Source of the DNA: a virus
DNA: 51,714 nucleotides
Direction: 5' to 3' (one strand)
IMG/VR virus record: IMGVR_UViG_3300021389_000035
Coordinates: 1-51,714 of that record
Below are positions 18,882 through 28,760 of this stretch, one piece after another; position 1 is the stretch's first letter, and each line of letters begins with the position of its first letter. The translations under genes and the position numbers were made by a program. The notes under the pieces are model-generated. The model was not told the origin of the DNA. It saw only the letters and a program-made list of their open reading frames with translations, and did not search any database.

Positions 18882-19826
18882 ATGAATTATGAATTAACTA
18901 TATTTAAATCTCAGTTCGATAACAAGACTCACCGAACAATGTCTCTGAAGAGTTGGGACAAGTTCGTTGAGTTGTTGTATGGATTGAGTCAAACTAAAGG
19001 TGAAAAGGGTGGTAGAAATTCTAGTCCTCTTATTACTCCTGCTGTGTTTGAAACCGATAGCACACGTAGTAATAAATCTACTTTATATTGGGGTGGTTGG
19101 TGCGCTGTTGATGTGGACGACCATAATTTTACTAATGATATATTGTCTCTAAAGGAACAGTTAATTGATAGGTTTCGCGATCTGGACTTCATCTGTTATA
19201 GTACTGCTAGTTCTAGGGCTCAGTATCTTAAATTCAGGATTGTCTTCCGACTATCGGAAACTATTGAACGAGATACGATCAAATCCTTCTGGTACGCCCT
19301 TAATACTGAAATTGGAGAAATTGGTGACCCGCAAACAAAAGATCTTGCACGGATGTACTATGTTCCTGCAATATATCCTAGTTCTACTAATTTCTTCTTC
19401 TCTCATCTGGGCGGCAATCCAATTAATGTGGGTGAACTGATTGCCAGACATCCTTATGTACAGAAGACCGGTAACTCTTTCCTAGATAGACTGCCACCAG
19501 AGATGCAGAAGGCAGTAGTAGAACATCGTAAGAATAGTCTAAATAATACTAACTTCAATTGGACTTCGTATCGCGATTGTCCGTTCTGGCCTAAAAGGTT
19601 GGGTATAGAATACCAGACCATTTCTGAAACTGGTTGGTATGCTAAAATGTACGCGATAATGATTGCGATTGCCGGAAGTGCGGTAAGTAGAGGTTACCCC
19701 ATATCATCAAACCAAATCTCTCGGTTATGTGAAGAGTTTGATAAGGAAACAGGAAACTGGTACGAGAACCGTCCTCTCAGTGTAGAGGCAGATCGTGCAT
19801 TAGAATACGTTTATAGGAACGGATAA
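18882..19826 (+). CDS. archaeo-eukaryotic primase-like (AEP-like) domain protein
   Basis: WCAVDVDDHNF, FICYSTASSRAQYLKFRIVFRLSE, GDPQTKDLARMYYVPAIYP resemble AEP primase motifs. Confidence 0.5.
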   Translation: MNYELTIFKSQFDNKTHRTMSLKSWDKFVELLYGLSQTKGEKGGRNSSPLITPAVFETDSTRSNKSTLYWGGWCAVDVDDHNFTNDILSLKEQLIDRFRDLDFICYSTASSRAQYLKFRIVFRLSETIERDTIKSFWYALNTEIGEIGDPQTKDLARMYYVPAIYPSSTNFFFSHLGGNPINVGELIARHPYVQKTGNSFLDRLPPEMQKAVVEHRKNSLNNTNFNWTSYRDCPFWPKRLGIEYQTISETGWYAKMYAIMIAIAGSAVSRGYPISSNQISRLCEEFDKETGNWYENRPLSVEADRALEYVYRNG

Positions 19827-20764
19827 TGAGAAAATATTTAGTAACAGGTGCGGCAGGATTCATCGGATCGCAATTATGTAACAGATTAAAACGAGAAGGT
19901 CATTGGGTTATTGGTATGGATAATTACAATGACCATTTGTATAGTCCCACACTGAAACATCATCGTGTCGAACATTTTGGTATCGATGTCTTGAATGTGG
20001 ATCTTCGTAATGAAGAAGAGATGGACAATCTCATCGACGGTATTAATCCCACGGATATTATTCACCTTGCAGCACATGCCGGTGTGCGTGATTCGTTTGG
20101 TAAAGAAAAACAATATCATGCAAACAATATCGATGGTACTCAGAATCTTATTGATGCCTGTAAGAGACATGCACCGGACGCACGTATTGTATATGCGTCA
20201 ACCTCTTGTGTCTTTGCGGGTTCCGAACTACCTTGGACAGAAGGTAGGGAGACTGGTAAACAGTTGAATCCTTATGGATGGACTAAATGGGCCAATGAAT
20301 GTCAGATGCAGGGGTCTGGTCTACACACTATTGGTCTGAGATTCTTTACTGTATATGGCCCTTGGGGTCGTCCGGATATGGCACTGTTTGACTTCACCAA
20401 AAATATACTTGCCGAGAAACCAATAACAGTGTATAATTATGGTGATATGAAACGTGATTTTACATACGTAGAAGATATCCTAGATGGTATAGAATGTGTG
20501 TTGAATAATGATGTGGACGCAGGTGAGATATTTAATATTGGTCGTGGTGCACCAGTTCAACTTATGGACTTCATTTCAGAGATCGAAAAGAATACGGGCA
20601 AGTCCGCAATCAAGTTGATGGCACCACAACATCCCGCAGACACATTAGAGACTTTTTCTAACACAAGTAAGTTAGAAACACTTGGTTATCATCCTACTAC
20701 TAATATAGAAGATGGTATCCGTAATTTTTATAAATGGTATATGGAGTACAATAGTGGCAGATGA
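19826..20764 (+). CDS. NAD-dependent nucleotide-sugar epimerase (extended SDR)
   Basis: VTGAAGFIGSQLCNRL, HLAAHAGVRDS, YxxxK-type catalytic region GWTKWANE, RFFTVYGPWGRPD. Confidence 0.92.
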   Translation: MRKYLVTGAAGFIGSQLCNRLKREGHWVIGMDNYNDHLYSPTLKHHRVEHFGIDVLNVDLRNEEEMDNLIDGINPTDIIHLAAHAGVRDSFGKEKQYHANNIDGTQNLIDACKRHAPDARIVYASTSCVFAGSELPWTEGRETGKQLNPYGWTKWANECQMQGSGLHTIGLRFFTVYGPWGRPDMALFDFTKNILAEKPITVYNYGDMKRDFTYVEDILDGIECVLNNDVDAGEIFNIGRGAPVQLMDFISEIEKNTGKSAIKLMAPQHPADTLETFSNTSKLETLGYHPTTNIEDGIRNFYKWYMEYNSGR

Positions 20765-21695
20765 TTTTGATGAATATGTTCCCGAGAAACCCGAAGGTGA
20801 ATCTCAACCCGAAGGTGTGAGTAAGAAGAATCCTTTACGTATGGGTATCGTGGGACATGGGTTTGTAGGTAAGGCTGTAGAATATGCGTTCTATCATCCT
20901 ATGGTAGAACACTTTATTGTTGATCCGAATAACCAAACTACTATCGATGATCTTGTGAAGTATAAACCACAGATTGCGTTTATCGCTGCACCTACTCCAC
21001 AGAACTCAGAGACGGGTTTTGTGGACGCGTCTATTGTAGAAGATGCGGTACTCAAGTTGATGTACCATACTAACGCACTTGTTGTTGTCAAATCAACAAT
21101 CACTCCCGACATTGTGGATAGAATATACAATTCAATCGAACCTCAAGACTTTGATCGATTCGTGTACAATCCCGAATTCCTGACAGAAAAGTCTGCATGT
21201 GAAGATTTCGTCAATGCGGAACATCATGTGTTTGGTGGTACGGATCCTGCGTGTAATGAACTACAACAGATCTATGATATCTTTAGTGGGTGTAAGTCCG
21301 ACAAATACTATCGTATGTCTGGGTGCGAGGCATCCTTTGTTAAGTATGCGACCAATTCCTATCTTGCAACTAAATTGACATTCTTCAACCAGTTGAAAGA
21401 GTTGGTGGATTCATTCGATTGTAGTTATAATATGATTACTCGTGCAATGGGTGCGGATGATCGTATCGGCATCAAACATACCCGTGTGCCTGGCCCTGAT
21501 AAGAAACGTGGGTTTGGTGGTGCATGTCTACCCAAAGACACTATGGCACTTCTGAAGTTTTCCGAATCTCGGGGAGAAAAGTTCGATCTGTTGGAAAATG
21601 TCTTGACAATCAACAACAAATATCGTATAATATACGAGTTAGATGAACGTGAAAAAGTAAATAATATATCATTTGGAGATGAGAAAGACGTATGA
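20754..21695 (+). CDS. UDP-glucose/GDP-mannose dehydrogenase-like; likely GTG start at 20754 (track ORF starts 20712)
   Basis: MGIVGHGFVGKAVEYAF, NPEFLTEKSA, GFGGACLPKDTMALL catalytic Cys motif. Confidence 0.9.
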   Translation: MADDFDEYVPEKPEGESQPEGVSKKNPLRMGIVGHGFVGKAVEYAFYHPMVEHFIVDPNNQTTIDDLVKYKPQIAFIAAPTPQNSETGFVDASIVEDAVLKLMYHTNALVVVKSTITPDIVDRIYNSIEPQDFDRFVYNPEFLTEKSACEDFVNAEHHVFGGTDPACNELQQIYDIFSGCKSDKYYRMSGCEASFVKYATNSYLATKLTFFNQLKELVDSFDCSYNMITRAMGADDRIGIKHTRVPGPDKKRGFGGACLPKDTMALLKFSESRGEKFDLLENVLTINNKYRIIYELDEREKVNNISFGDEKDV

Positions 21696-22759
21696 GTATA
21701 ATGAATAAATTGAAGAAGAACTCCAAGGTCAAGAGTGCCGAGGTTATGTCAAAGAGTAAGTTCTTCACAGAAAAGGATATGGTTTCTACAGATGTACCTA
21801 TGGTCAATGTCGCATTGTCCGGTTCTATTGACGGTGGTGTTACGCCTGGACTGACCGTCCTCGCAGGGCCATCTAAACACTTTAAAACATCATTTGCACT
21901 ACTTATGGCTGGTGCATACTTACGGGAGAGAAAAGATGCAGTTATTTTATTCTACGATAGTGAGTTCGGTTCACCCCAATCTTATTTCGAACAGTTTGGA
22001 ATTGACACTAGTCGTGTTCTTCACACTCCTATCACGAATGTAGAGGAACTAAAGTTTGACCTTATCTCTCAACTAGAAGAGATTGACCGTGATGATGACG
22101 TTATCATTGTAATCGATTCTATTGGTAACCTTGCGTCTAAGAAAGAACTCGATGATGCATTGGCAGAGAAGGGTGTTGCGGACATGTCACGTGCGAAGGC
22201 ATTGAAGGGTCTGTTCCGTATGTCAACACCATACCTTGCAATGAAAAACATTCCTATGTTGGCTATCAACCACACCTATAAAGAGATCGGTCTCTTTCCG
22301 AAGGATGTTGTTGGTGGTGGTACTGGTATCTATTATAGTGCTGATACTATCTGGATTATTGGTCGTAGACAGACTAAGACGGGTACCGAAGTTACTGGTT
22401 ATGATTTCGTAGTCAACATCGAGAAGTCTCGTTACCTCAAAGAGAAGTCTAAGATTCCTATCTCAGTATCTTGGGATGGTGGTGTCGAGAAGAACTCTGG
22501 ACTACTTGATGTTGCTCTTGCCGGTGGATATGTTTTCAAACCAAGTAATGGTTGGTACCAACGTGTAGACAAAAGTACCGGAGAACTAGTTGACCCGAAG
22601 GTTCGACAGAAAGATACTCTGACCGATGAGTTCTGGGCACCTATTTGGGAATTTACAGACTTTGCAGAATTTATTAAGAAACAATATCAAATTGGATTGC
22701 CAACGCAAGTAGATCCTGATATAATAGTACAAATAGATGGTGAAGATATAAATGATTAA
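21692..22759 (+). CDS. uvsX: UvsX RecA-like recombinase
   Basis: TVLAGPSKHFKTSFAL Walker A, DVIIVIDSIGNLASKKE Walker B, NHTYKEIG. Confidence 0.95.
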   Translation: MSIMNKLKKNSKVKSAEVMSKSKFFTEKDMVSTDVPMVNVALSGSIDGGVTPGLTVLAGPSKHFKTSFALLMAGAYLRERKDAVILFYDSEFGSPQSYFEQFGIDTSRVLHTPITNVEELKFDLISQLEEIDRDDDVIIVIDSIGNLASKKELDDALAEKGVADMSRAKALKGLFRMSTPYLAMKNIPMLAINHTYKEIGLFPKDVVGGGTGIYYSADTIWIIGRRQTKTGTEVTGYDFVVNIEKSRYLKEKSKIPISVSWDGGVEKNSGLLDVALAGGYVFKPSNGWYQRVDKSTGELVDPKVRQKDTLTDEFWAPIWEFTDFAEFIKKQYQIGLPTQVDPDIIVQIDGEDIND

Positions 22760-23123
22760 TCTCGACAAGGTGAGTGAGGGGGTTGACTATGAGTTGATCC
22801 CTGTCGAATATGTAGATAATGAGGCCGCGTGGGATGTTCGCATCCTGCGTGGTGAGTTTACCGAAACCGTGTTACGTTTTGGCACGATCAAGTATGATGG
22901 AGAACGCGATTGTCTTACCTTTGACTTTCGTGTAGTAGAATCTCCGGATGATGAGTTGGATTCTTCTAGTGAAGACCTCCAAGAATTCTCTGGTTCTATT
23001 CTAGAAGATATACTTGAACGTGGTATAAATGAAGGTTGGGTGTACGGTACTGAGAAAAAGAATGGAGAAAACGTTGGAGATCAATCTAGAACAAACGATT
23101 CTACGGAATCTATTGACGAATGA
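22752..23123 (+). CDS. hypothetical acidic protein
   Basis: Overlaps the uvsX and gp41 ends; intact frame between core genes. Confidence 0.6.
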   Translation: MINLDKVSEGVDYELIPVEYVDNEAAWDVRILRGEFTETVLRFGTIKYDGERDCLTFDFRVVESPDDELDSSSEDLQEFSGSILEDILERGINEGWVYGTEKKNGENVGDQSRTNDSTESIDE

Positions 23124-24468
23124 TGCATATGCTAGAAAAGTTGCAGCGTTCTTAACACCCGATTATTTTGAAGGGGTCTATAAAGGTCTCTTCAATGAAT
23201 TCACTAAGTTTATTGCAAAGTATAATAAACTCCCCACAATGGAAGCATTTAAGATTGAGGTCGATGAAGGTGATCGTCTCAACGATGAACAATATCGTCA
23301 TGCAATCGAGATACTTCCAAACATCTTTACTGCTGAGACAGAGAACCTTGACTGGTTGATTGATCGTACCGAGAAGTGGTGTCAAGACCGTGCGGTCTAC
23401 AATTCTATCATGGAGTCTATCTCTATCATTGATGGCAAACACCAGACATTATCTAAGAATGCGATTCCTGATATTCTATCTAAGGCACTGGGTGTTACAT
23501 TTGATACTAACATCGGTCACGACTATCTGGAGAATGTTGATGGTCGATACGATTTCTACCATGAACAGGAAGAACGTACTCCGTTTGACTTAGATCTATT
23601 CAATCAGATCACCAAGGGTGGTATACCCAATAAGACCCTGAACATTGCCCTTGCGGGTACAGGTGTCGGTAAGTCTCTGTTTATGTGTCACTGTGCGGGT
23701 GCAGCTCTGTCTATGGGTAAGAACGTATTGTACATCACCATGGAGATGGCAGAAGAACGTATCGCAGAACGTATCGATGCGAATCTATTGAACGTACCGA
23801 TTGATCAGTTAGAGAATCTATCTAAAGATATGTTCACACAGAAAGTGAGTCAGATCTCTGCAAAGACCAACGGTAGGTTGATCATCAAAGAATATCCTAC
23901 CGGTCAAGCAAATGCGTCTCACTTCCGTGCACTACTGAACGAACTGAAGTTGAAGAAGAACTTCGTACCGGATATGATCTATATCGATTATCTAAATATC
24001 TGTTCATCTTCACGGATGAAAGCGATGGGTGGTTCTATCAACTCATATACCTATATCAAGTCTATTGCAGAAGAACTGCGTGGTCTTGCGGTAGAGTTTG
24101 ATGTTCCGGTTATGTCTGCGACTCAGACTACTCGTGGTGGTTATGGTAATGATGACGTGGGTCTGGAGGATACTTCAGAATCATTTGGTCTACCTGCTAC
24201 TGCCGATCTTATGTTTGCATTGATCAGTAATGATGAACTTTCAAACAATGGTCAGATACTAGTTAAACAATTGAAGAATCGTTATAACGATGTTGGTTCT
24301 AATCAACGATTTGTGGTGGGTATTGATCGTTCTAAGATGCGTCTGTTTGATGTAGACCAAAACGATTCACCTCTTAATAAAGAAGAAGACCATGGCCCTG
24401 CATTTGATAATTCAAACTCAGGACAAAGACTGAAGTCGGAAAATAGATTTGGAGATTTTAAACTATGA
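23029..24468 (+). CDS. 41: replicative helicase gp41 (DnaB-like); true start may be downstream of 23029
   Basis: ALAGTGVGKSLFMC Walker A, MEMAEERIAERIDANLL, IYIDYLNICSSSR, PVMSATQTTRGG. Confidence 0.95.
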   Translation: MKVGCTVLRKRMEKTLEINLEQTILRNLLTNDAYARKVAAFLTPDYFEGVYKGLFNEFTKFIAKYNKLPTMEAFKIEVDEGDRLNDEQYRHAIEILPNIFTAETENLDWLIDRTEKWCQDRAVYNSIMESISIIDGKHQTLSKNAIPDILSKALGVTFDTNIGHDYLENVDGRYDFYHEQEERTPFDLDLFNQITKGGIPNKTLNIALAGTGVGKSLFMCHCAGAALSMGKNVLYITMEMAEERIAERIDANLLNVPIDQLENLSKDMFTQKVSQISAKTNGRLIIKEYPTGQANASHFRALLNELKLKKNFVPDMIYIDYLNICSSSRMKAMGGSINSYTYIKSIAEELRGLAVEFDVPVMSATQTTRGGYGNDDVGLEDTSESFGLPATADLMFALISNDELSNNGQILVKQLKNRYNDVGSNQRFVVGIDRSKMRLFDVDQNDSPLNKEEDHGPAFDNSNSGQRLKSENRFGDFKL

Positions 24469-24629
24469 GTCCAGAATATCAAACATTAATAACTCTTGCC
24501 TTGATGATTGGTGCCTACTATTTGGGTAATCATCTTGGTAAGTTAAGGGGAGTTGAACTTGCCATTATTTGGTATGAACAACAAGGTATAATATTAACAC
24601 TAGATGAGGAAGAAGAAGAAGATGAGTGA
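24465..24629 (+). CDS. small membrane-anchored hypothetical protein (54 aa)
   Basis: MSPEYQTLITLALMIGAYYLGNHLGKLRGVELAIIWYEQQG...; overlaps the gp41 stop and thyX start; below track cutoff. Confidence 0.55.
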   Translation: MSPEYQTLITLALMIGAYYLGNHLGKLRGVELAIIWYEQQGIILTLDEEEEEDE

Positions 24630-25323
24630 AGTGAATTTGGTTGCAATTAGTAAACCGAATGTTGGAGTGACTGACAGTTGGGATGCAAATGAGTTGATTG
24701 CATATACCGCACGGGTGAGTAATCCTGCTAACCAGAGTAACCGTGACACCGCACCAAAGTTGTTGAGGTATCTAATCAAACATCAACATTGGTCGCCATT
24801 TGAGATGGTGCATATGACTCTTGAAATCAAAACGACACGTGATATCTCTCGACAGATTATTCGTCACCGTTCGTTTTCATATCAAGAATTCTCCCAACGT
24901 TATGCAGAGAGTGAGAACTTCTCTACTCGTATGGCGAGAATGCAAGATCCTAAGAACCGTCAAGCATCTGTTGATATTGCAGAGGAATATGGTGTTGGTA
25001 GTGAGGGTGTTAAATCGAGTCAGAATGGTTTGGTTGAAAATTGGAATATGAAACAAAGGAAGGTTATTTCAGCTGCGAAGGAAGCATATAACTGGGCACT
25101 AGATAATGGTATCGCAAAGGAACAGGCACGTGTGGTGTTACCCGAAGGTAATACGTGTACTACACTGTACATGGCAGGATCTTTGCGTTCTTGGATTCAC
25201 TTCTGTCAGTTGCGTATGGGTATCGAAACTCAGAAGGAACATCGTATTGTTGCGGAACAGTGTTGGGAACATATCAAAACACATTTCCCTGATATAGCAG
25301 AGGCGGTAATGGAAAATGAGTAA
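24622..25323 (+). CDS. thyX: flavin-dependent thymidylate synthase ThyX (track ORF starts 24604)
   Basis: RQIIRHRSFSYQEFSQRY contains the RHRxxxxxxxS ThyX motif. Confidence 0.95.
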   Translation: MSEVNLVAISKPNVGVTDSWDANELIAYTARVSNPANQSNRDTAPKLLRYLIKHQHWSPFEMVHMTLEIKTTRDISRQIIRHRSFSYQEFSQRYAESENFSTRMARMQDPKNRQASVDIAEEYGVGSEGVKSSQNGLVENWNMKQRKVISAAKEAYNWALDNGIAKEQARVVLPEGNTCTTLYMAGSLRSWIHFCQLRMGIETQKEHRIVAEQCWEHIKTHFPDIAEAVMENE

Positions 25324-25504
25324 ATATAGTTGTCCGGTAGTACTGGACGAAGAAGGACATCAATGCATTGAGTTTAGTGATGAATTAATGGAAGAACTTG
25401 ACTTGAAGGTAGGGGATGTGATACAATGGGATCTAACAGAAGAAAATGGTTCTTGGATTTTAAATAAAGTAAAAAAGGTAGGAGAAGAAAATGAAGAAGG
25501 GTGA
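25316..25504 (+). CDS. SpoVT/AbrB-like small protein
   Basis: CIEFSDELMEELDLKVGDVIQWDLTEENGSWILNKV swapped-hairpin-like pattern. Confidence 0.5.
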   Translation: MSKYSCPVVLDEEGHQCIEFSDELMEELDLKVGDVIQWDLTEENGSWILNKVKKVGEENEEG

Positions 25505-25760
25505 TATCGTTACAGTGATGACGGGTGTAGGTGAGTACATTGCACGATTGGATCGAATTGATGCAGGTGCAGTACATGTAACTGACCCACGTCTTATTGT
25601 ACGTGGTGAAGATGGTCAGATTGGTTTTGGTCGTGGTGTGTGTATGTCTGCTGTTGAAAATCCAAAGACTTTGACGTTTAGTGATGTTATTTTCACTGTA
25701 CCGACAAACGAGTCTTTTGAGAAAGCATGGATCGAAGCGACTAGTGGCATTATAATTTAA
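25491..25760 (+). CDS. hypothetical protein
   Basis: Intact ORF tightly packed between neighbours. Confidence 0.6.
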   Translation: MKKGDIVTVMTGVGEYIARLDRIDAGAVHVTDPRLIVRGEDGQIGFGRGVCMSAVENPKTLTFSDVIFTVPTNESFEKAWIEATSGIII

Positions 25761-26428
25761 TGTCTGAAGTAACTATTCGGAACAAAGAACTCCTAGAGAC
25801 CCTTGACAGTTTTGTCGAGGATTTCTTTAGTCGTGACTATTCTAGTACTGACTACCAAGTGTATAGTGCAGAAGAAGATAAGACTAATGGGGAGTACTTT
25901 TGTTCCGAAGAGTACTTGACAGAGTGCCTGTCACGTGATACACTAGTAGGTGTACCAGACAGACATTTTGCACAACCTATCTCTAAGATGGTTCGTGCTC
26001 AACCCAAAGTCTGGTCTGATTATATGAAACGTGTCAAGTATGATTTTGCAGCCGATATCGGTGCACATACTTCTGCACTATTATCATATTATCCGCCTGG
26101 CGGGTTTGTTGGATGGCACACTAACTATGACGCATCTGCGTATCAAGTATTATTCACTTGGTCTAAGAGTGGCAATGGATACTTCAAGTATCGTGATAAT
26201 GATACGGGTGAGATAGTTACCTTACAGGACGTGCCGGGATGGCAATGTAGACACTACTACTTTGCTCCCGAAGATGAACCTAAAGATCTCTGTTGGCATT
26301 CTGCGTATGCAGGAGAAGACAGAATTACACTCGCATATAAGTTTTGCGGGTATGGAAAAAATGATCCTCGTGACCAACAGGCACGAGACTTACGTGATTT
26401 ATTAATTGAGGATATTGAAACAGAATGA
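25760..26428 (+). CDS. 2OG-Fe(II) oxygenase-like
   Basis: YPPGGFVGWHTNYDASAYQVLFTWSKSGNGYFKY ... WHSAYAGEDRITLAYKF resembles phage 2OG-Fe(II) oxygenases. Confidence 0.6.
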   Translation: MSEVTIRNKELLETLDSFVEDFFSRDYSSTDYQVYSAEEDKTNGEYFCSEEYLTECLSRDTLVGVPDRHFAQPISKMVRAQPKVWSDYMKRVKYDFAADIGAHTSALLSYYPPGGFVGWHTNYDASAYQVLFTWSKSGNGYFKYRDNDTGEIVTLQDVPGWQCRHYYFAPEDEPKDLCWHSAYAGEDRITLAYKFCGYGKNDPRDQQARDLRDLLIEDIETE

Positions 26429-26670
26429 TTACATTGACCCCCGAAGATAAAAAGAAAGTTGCAGGTGCGATTAAAGAACTATCTGATAGTATGACTCGCA
26501 TTGATGCAGAGAAAGACTTGATTAAAGATATCGTTCAAGTTACCTTTGAGAATCATGGTGTGGATAAGAAACACATCCGCAAACTTGCAACCATCTATCA
26601 TAAAGCAAACATGGCAGAAGTTCGTACCGAGTACGAAGACCTTGAAGCATTATATGAGGAGTTGTTCTAA
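26425..26670 (+). CDS. dsbA: DsbA-like double-stranded DNA-binding protein (T4 dsbA type)
   Basis: AIKELSDSMTRIDAEKDLIKDIVQVTFENHGVDKKHIRKLATIYHKANMAEVRTEYEDLEALYEELF. Confidence 0.6.
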   Translation: MITLTPEDKKKVAGAIKELSDSMTRIDAEKDLIKDIVQVTFENHGVDKKHIRKLATIYHKANMAEVRTEYEDLEALYEELF

Positions 26671-27236
26671 TGGCTGGTTCTGAATATTATGGAGATGTTA
26701 CCGTAGGTGGTCGCAGTCTGAATGATGCGACTCCTTCCGAGTGGGATCAGGCATACGAGAACACTAAATTGTCTGTAGATGATATCACTTATGTTGGTGA
26801 TGAGGCTAATATCAATTTTGATGCTGAAACCGACAAAACATTTTTCGTCAAAACTAGTCCCGATCCCGACAATGTTCCTCCTTTGTTCACTAGTTGGAAT
26901 GATCCTATGTTCAAATGTTGGAATGAGTATACGGATGATATTGATTACAAGTTCCGTGAAAGAGAACTGATCGAAGAGTTTAGGAAATATATAGATACTA
27001 CTTACAGTGGTCACTATGGTCAAGGGGGTCTTCAATCATCTGAGGTCATCGTTGATCGTGGTCATGGTATGGGATTCTTTGCTGGTAATATTGACAAGTA
27101 TAATGGTCGATATGGCAACAAGGGAGAGAACCCTGCTGACTGGCGTAAAGACATTATGAAAACAATTCATTATGGTTTTCTGAAGTTGTTTGAACACGAT
27201 AGGATTCATGGGAATAATGGGAATACTACTGACTAA
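26670..27236 (+). CDS. DUF3310-like protein (T7 gp1.7/SaV-like pattern)
   Basis: GMGFFAGNIDKYNGRYGNKGENPADWRKDIMKTIHYGF resembles the DUF3310 signature. Confidence 0.45.
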   Translation: MAGSEYYGDVTVGGRSLNDATPSEWDQAYENTKLSVDDITYVGDEANINFDAETDKTFFVKTSPDPDNVPPLFTSWNDPMFKCWNEYTDDIDYKFRERELIEEFRKYIDTTYSGHYGQGGLQSSEVIVDRGHGMGFFAGNIDKYNGRYGNKGENPADWRKDIMKTIHYGFLKLFEHDRIHGNNGNTTD

Positions 27237-28008
27237 TGGTGACTCGTTCACCTATGGCGATGAACTAGAGGGAAGTCGATCTCCGAATGGGATCGACACC
27301 CACCATCGTCACACATACACACACAAATTATCAGAGAGATTGCATCTCCCTTATGTGAACCTTGCAGAGAACGGTTCTTCAAACGCGAAGATTTACCGTA
27401 GAACACTCGACTTTCTAATGCGTCCATCTGACCATGTTGATATGGTTGTTATAATGTGGAGTAATTGGGGAAGGTTTGAGTTGTGTGAGTCTGAACATTT
27501 TCTTGCGGATAAAGATATACATATCCCTCAAGAATGTAACATGAACCAGATAATACCTTCACACAAGAGTACATCCTTTGAATTGCAATGGGGTGATAGT
27601 ACTAATAAAAATAGAAAGGAAATTCTCAAAGCATATACTGAAGATGTTCTTACCATGCAGACTCAAATATTATATGGGTTGAAATGTATGCAACAGATGC
27701 AGTTTATTTGTGAGATGATGATGATCCCTATCATACAGGGCGTAATCCACGGTGACATGTATAAAAATATATTAGCCACTCTCAAAATGGATGGTTTCGA
27801 AGATTATAAGAAAGAAGTTACAAAAATCCTTAAAGACTTGCGTCCTGAATGTAAAATGGGTTTGGGTAATTATACAGACCTTTATACCTTGGCTGAGAAA
27901 AGTTACACGTTAAAACCCATGGGTCATGCTGATGAAGATACCCATACGGAATACGCTAAACTTATTGCTCATATAATTACTGCGGCAGAAATGTTACCAT
28001 GTTACTAA
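27190..28008 (+). CDS. SGNH-hydrolase-like protein (paralog 1)
   Basis: LLTNGDSFTYGDEL block I-like; C-terminal GHADEDTHTEYAKLI block V-like. True start may be internal, near MGILLTNGDS. Confidence 0.55.
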   Translation: MNTIGFMGIMGILLTNGDSFTYGDELEGSRSPNGIDTHHRHTYTHKLSERLHLPYVNLAENGSSNAKIYRRTLDFLMRPSDHVDMVVIMWSNWGRFELCESEHFLADKDIHIPQECNMNQIIPSHKSTSFELQWGDSTNKNRKEILKAYTEDVLTMQTQILYGLKCMQQMQFICEMMMIPIIQGVIHGDMYKNILATLKMDGFEDYKKEVTKILKDLRPECKMGLGNYTDLYTLAEKSYTLKPMGHADEDTHTEYAKLIAHIITAAEMLPCY

Positions 28009-28760
28009 CTAATGGTTGCAGTTTCGTATGGGGTGATGAGTTGCAGGGATATGATAAGAGTCCGCCAGAACATTACCATTTAACATTCACCCATCACTTA
28101 TCTAACAAATTAAAAACAGAATATGTGAATCTCGCTACTTGTGGTGCGTGTAATGATAAAATATTTCGAGACACTGTAGACTATCTTTTAGATCCGACCA
28201 AAGAAAATCCTACTCATATGGTAATTCTTTGGTCTGCGTGGCAGAGAGACGAGGCTGCAGAAAATAGATTATCTGGATGGGAAAGAGAGGTTGGTATCCA
28301 ACGGTTCCAGTGTATGTCTCAATTCTCTCCTGCTAGAATGCACCATATTAAACCTGAACTAGAAGAAGTATTATCCCCCGCATTAGAAAAGATGGATGTT
28401 CTTCGTACCAAAATAACACATCATCTAAGTTTCATGAAAAGTATGGAATTGATATGTGATAGTCTGGGTATCAAATTAATACAGGGTTCTTTCCACAGAA
28501 GGTGTTGGTCGAATATTTTATTGTCAACGCATCCAAGATTCAAAAGAACAGATTCTCCTTGGACTGAATGGATAGAATATACCCATAAATCACTTAGTAG
28601 TTTGAAAGATACCAGTAGACTTGGACTTGGTAGGTATATCGACTTTTATACTTTTGCCGAGAATGACTTCAAAATACTAGATTACGGTCATCCCAACGAA
28701 CCCGCTCATGAAGCGTGGTCACAATACCTATATGATATATTTGTAAAAGAGTTCTCATGA
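27999..28760 (+). CDS. SGNH-hydrolase-like protein (paralog 2, GDS replaced by GCS)
   Basis: MLLTNGCSFVWGDEL; C-terminal GHPNEPAHEAWSQYL; aligns in layout with the preceding gene. Confidence 0.5.
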   Translation: MLLTNGCSFVWGDELQGYDKSPPEHYHLTFTHHLSNKLKTEYVNLATCGACNDKIFRDTVDYLLDPTKENPTHMVILWSAWQRDEAAENRLSGWEREVGIQRFQCMSQFSPARMHHIKPELEEVLSPALEKMDVLRTKITHHLSFMKSMELICDSLGIKLIQGSFHRRCWSNILLSTHPRFKRTDSPWTEWIEYTHKSLSSLKDTSRLGLGRYIDFYTFAENDFKILDYGHPNEPAHEAWSQYLYDIFVKEFS

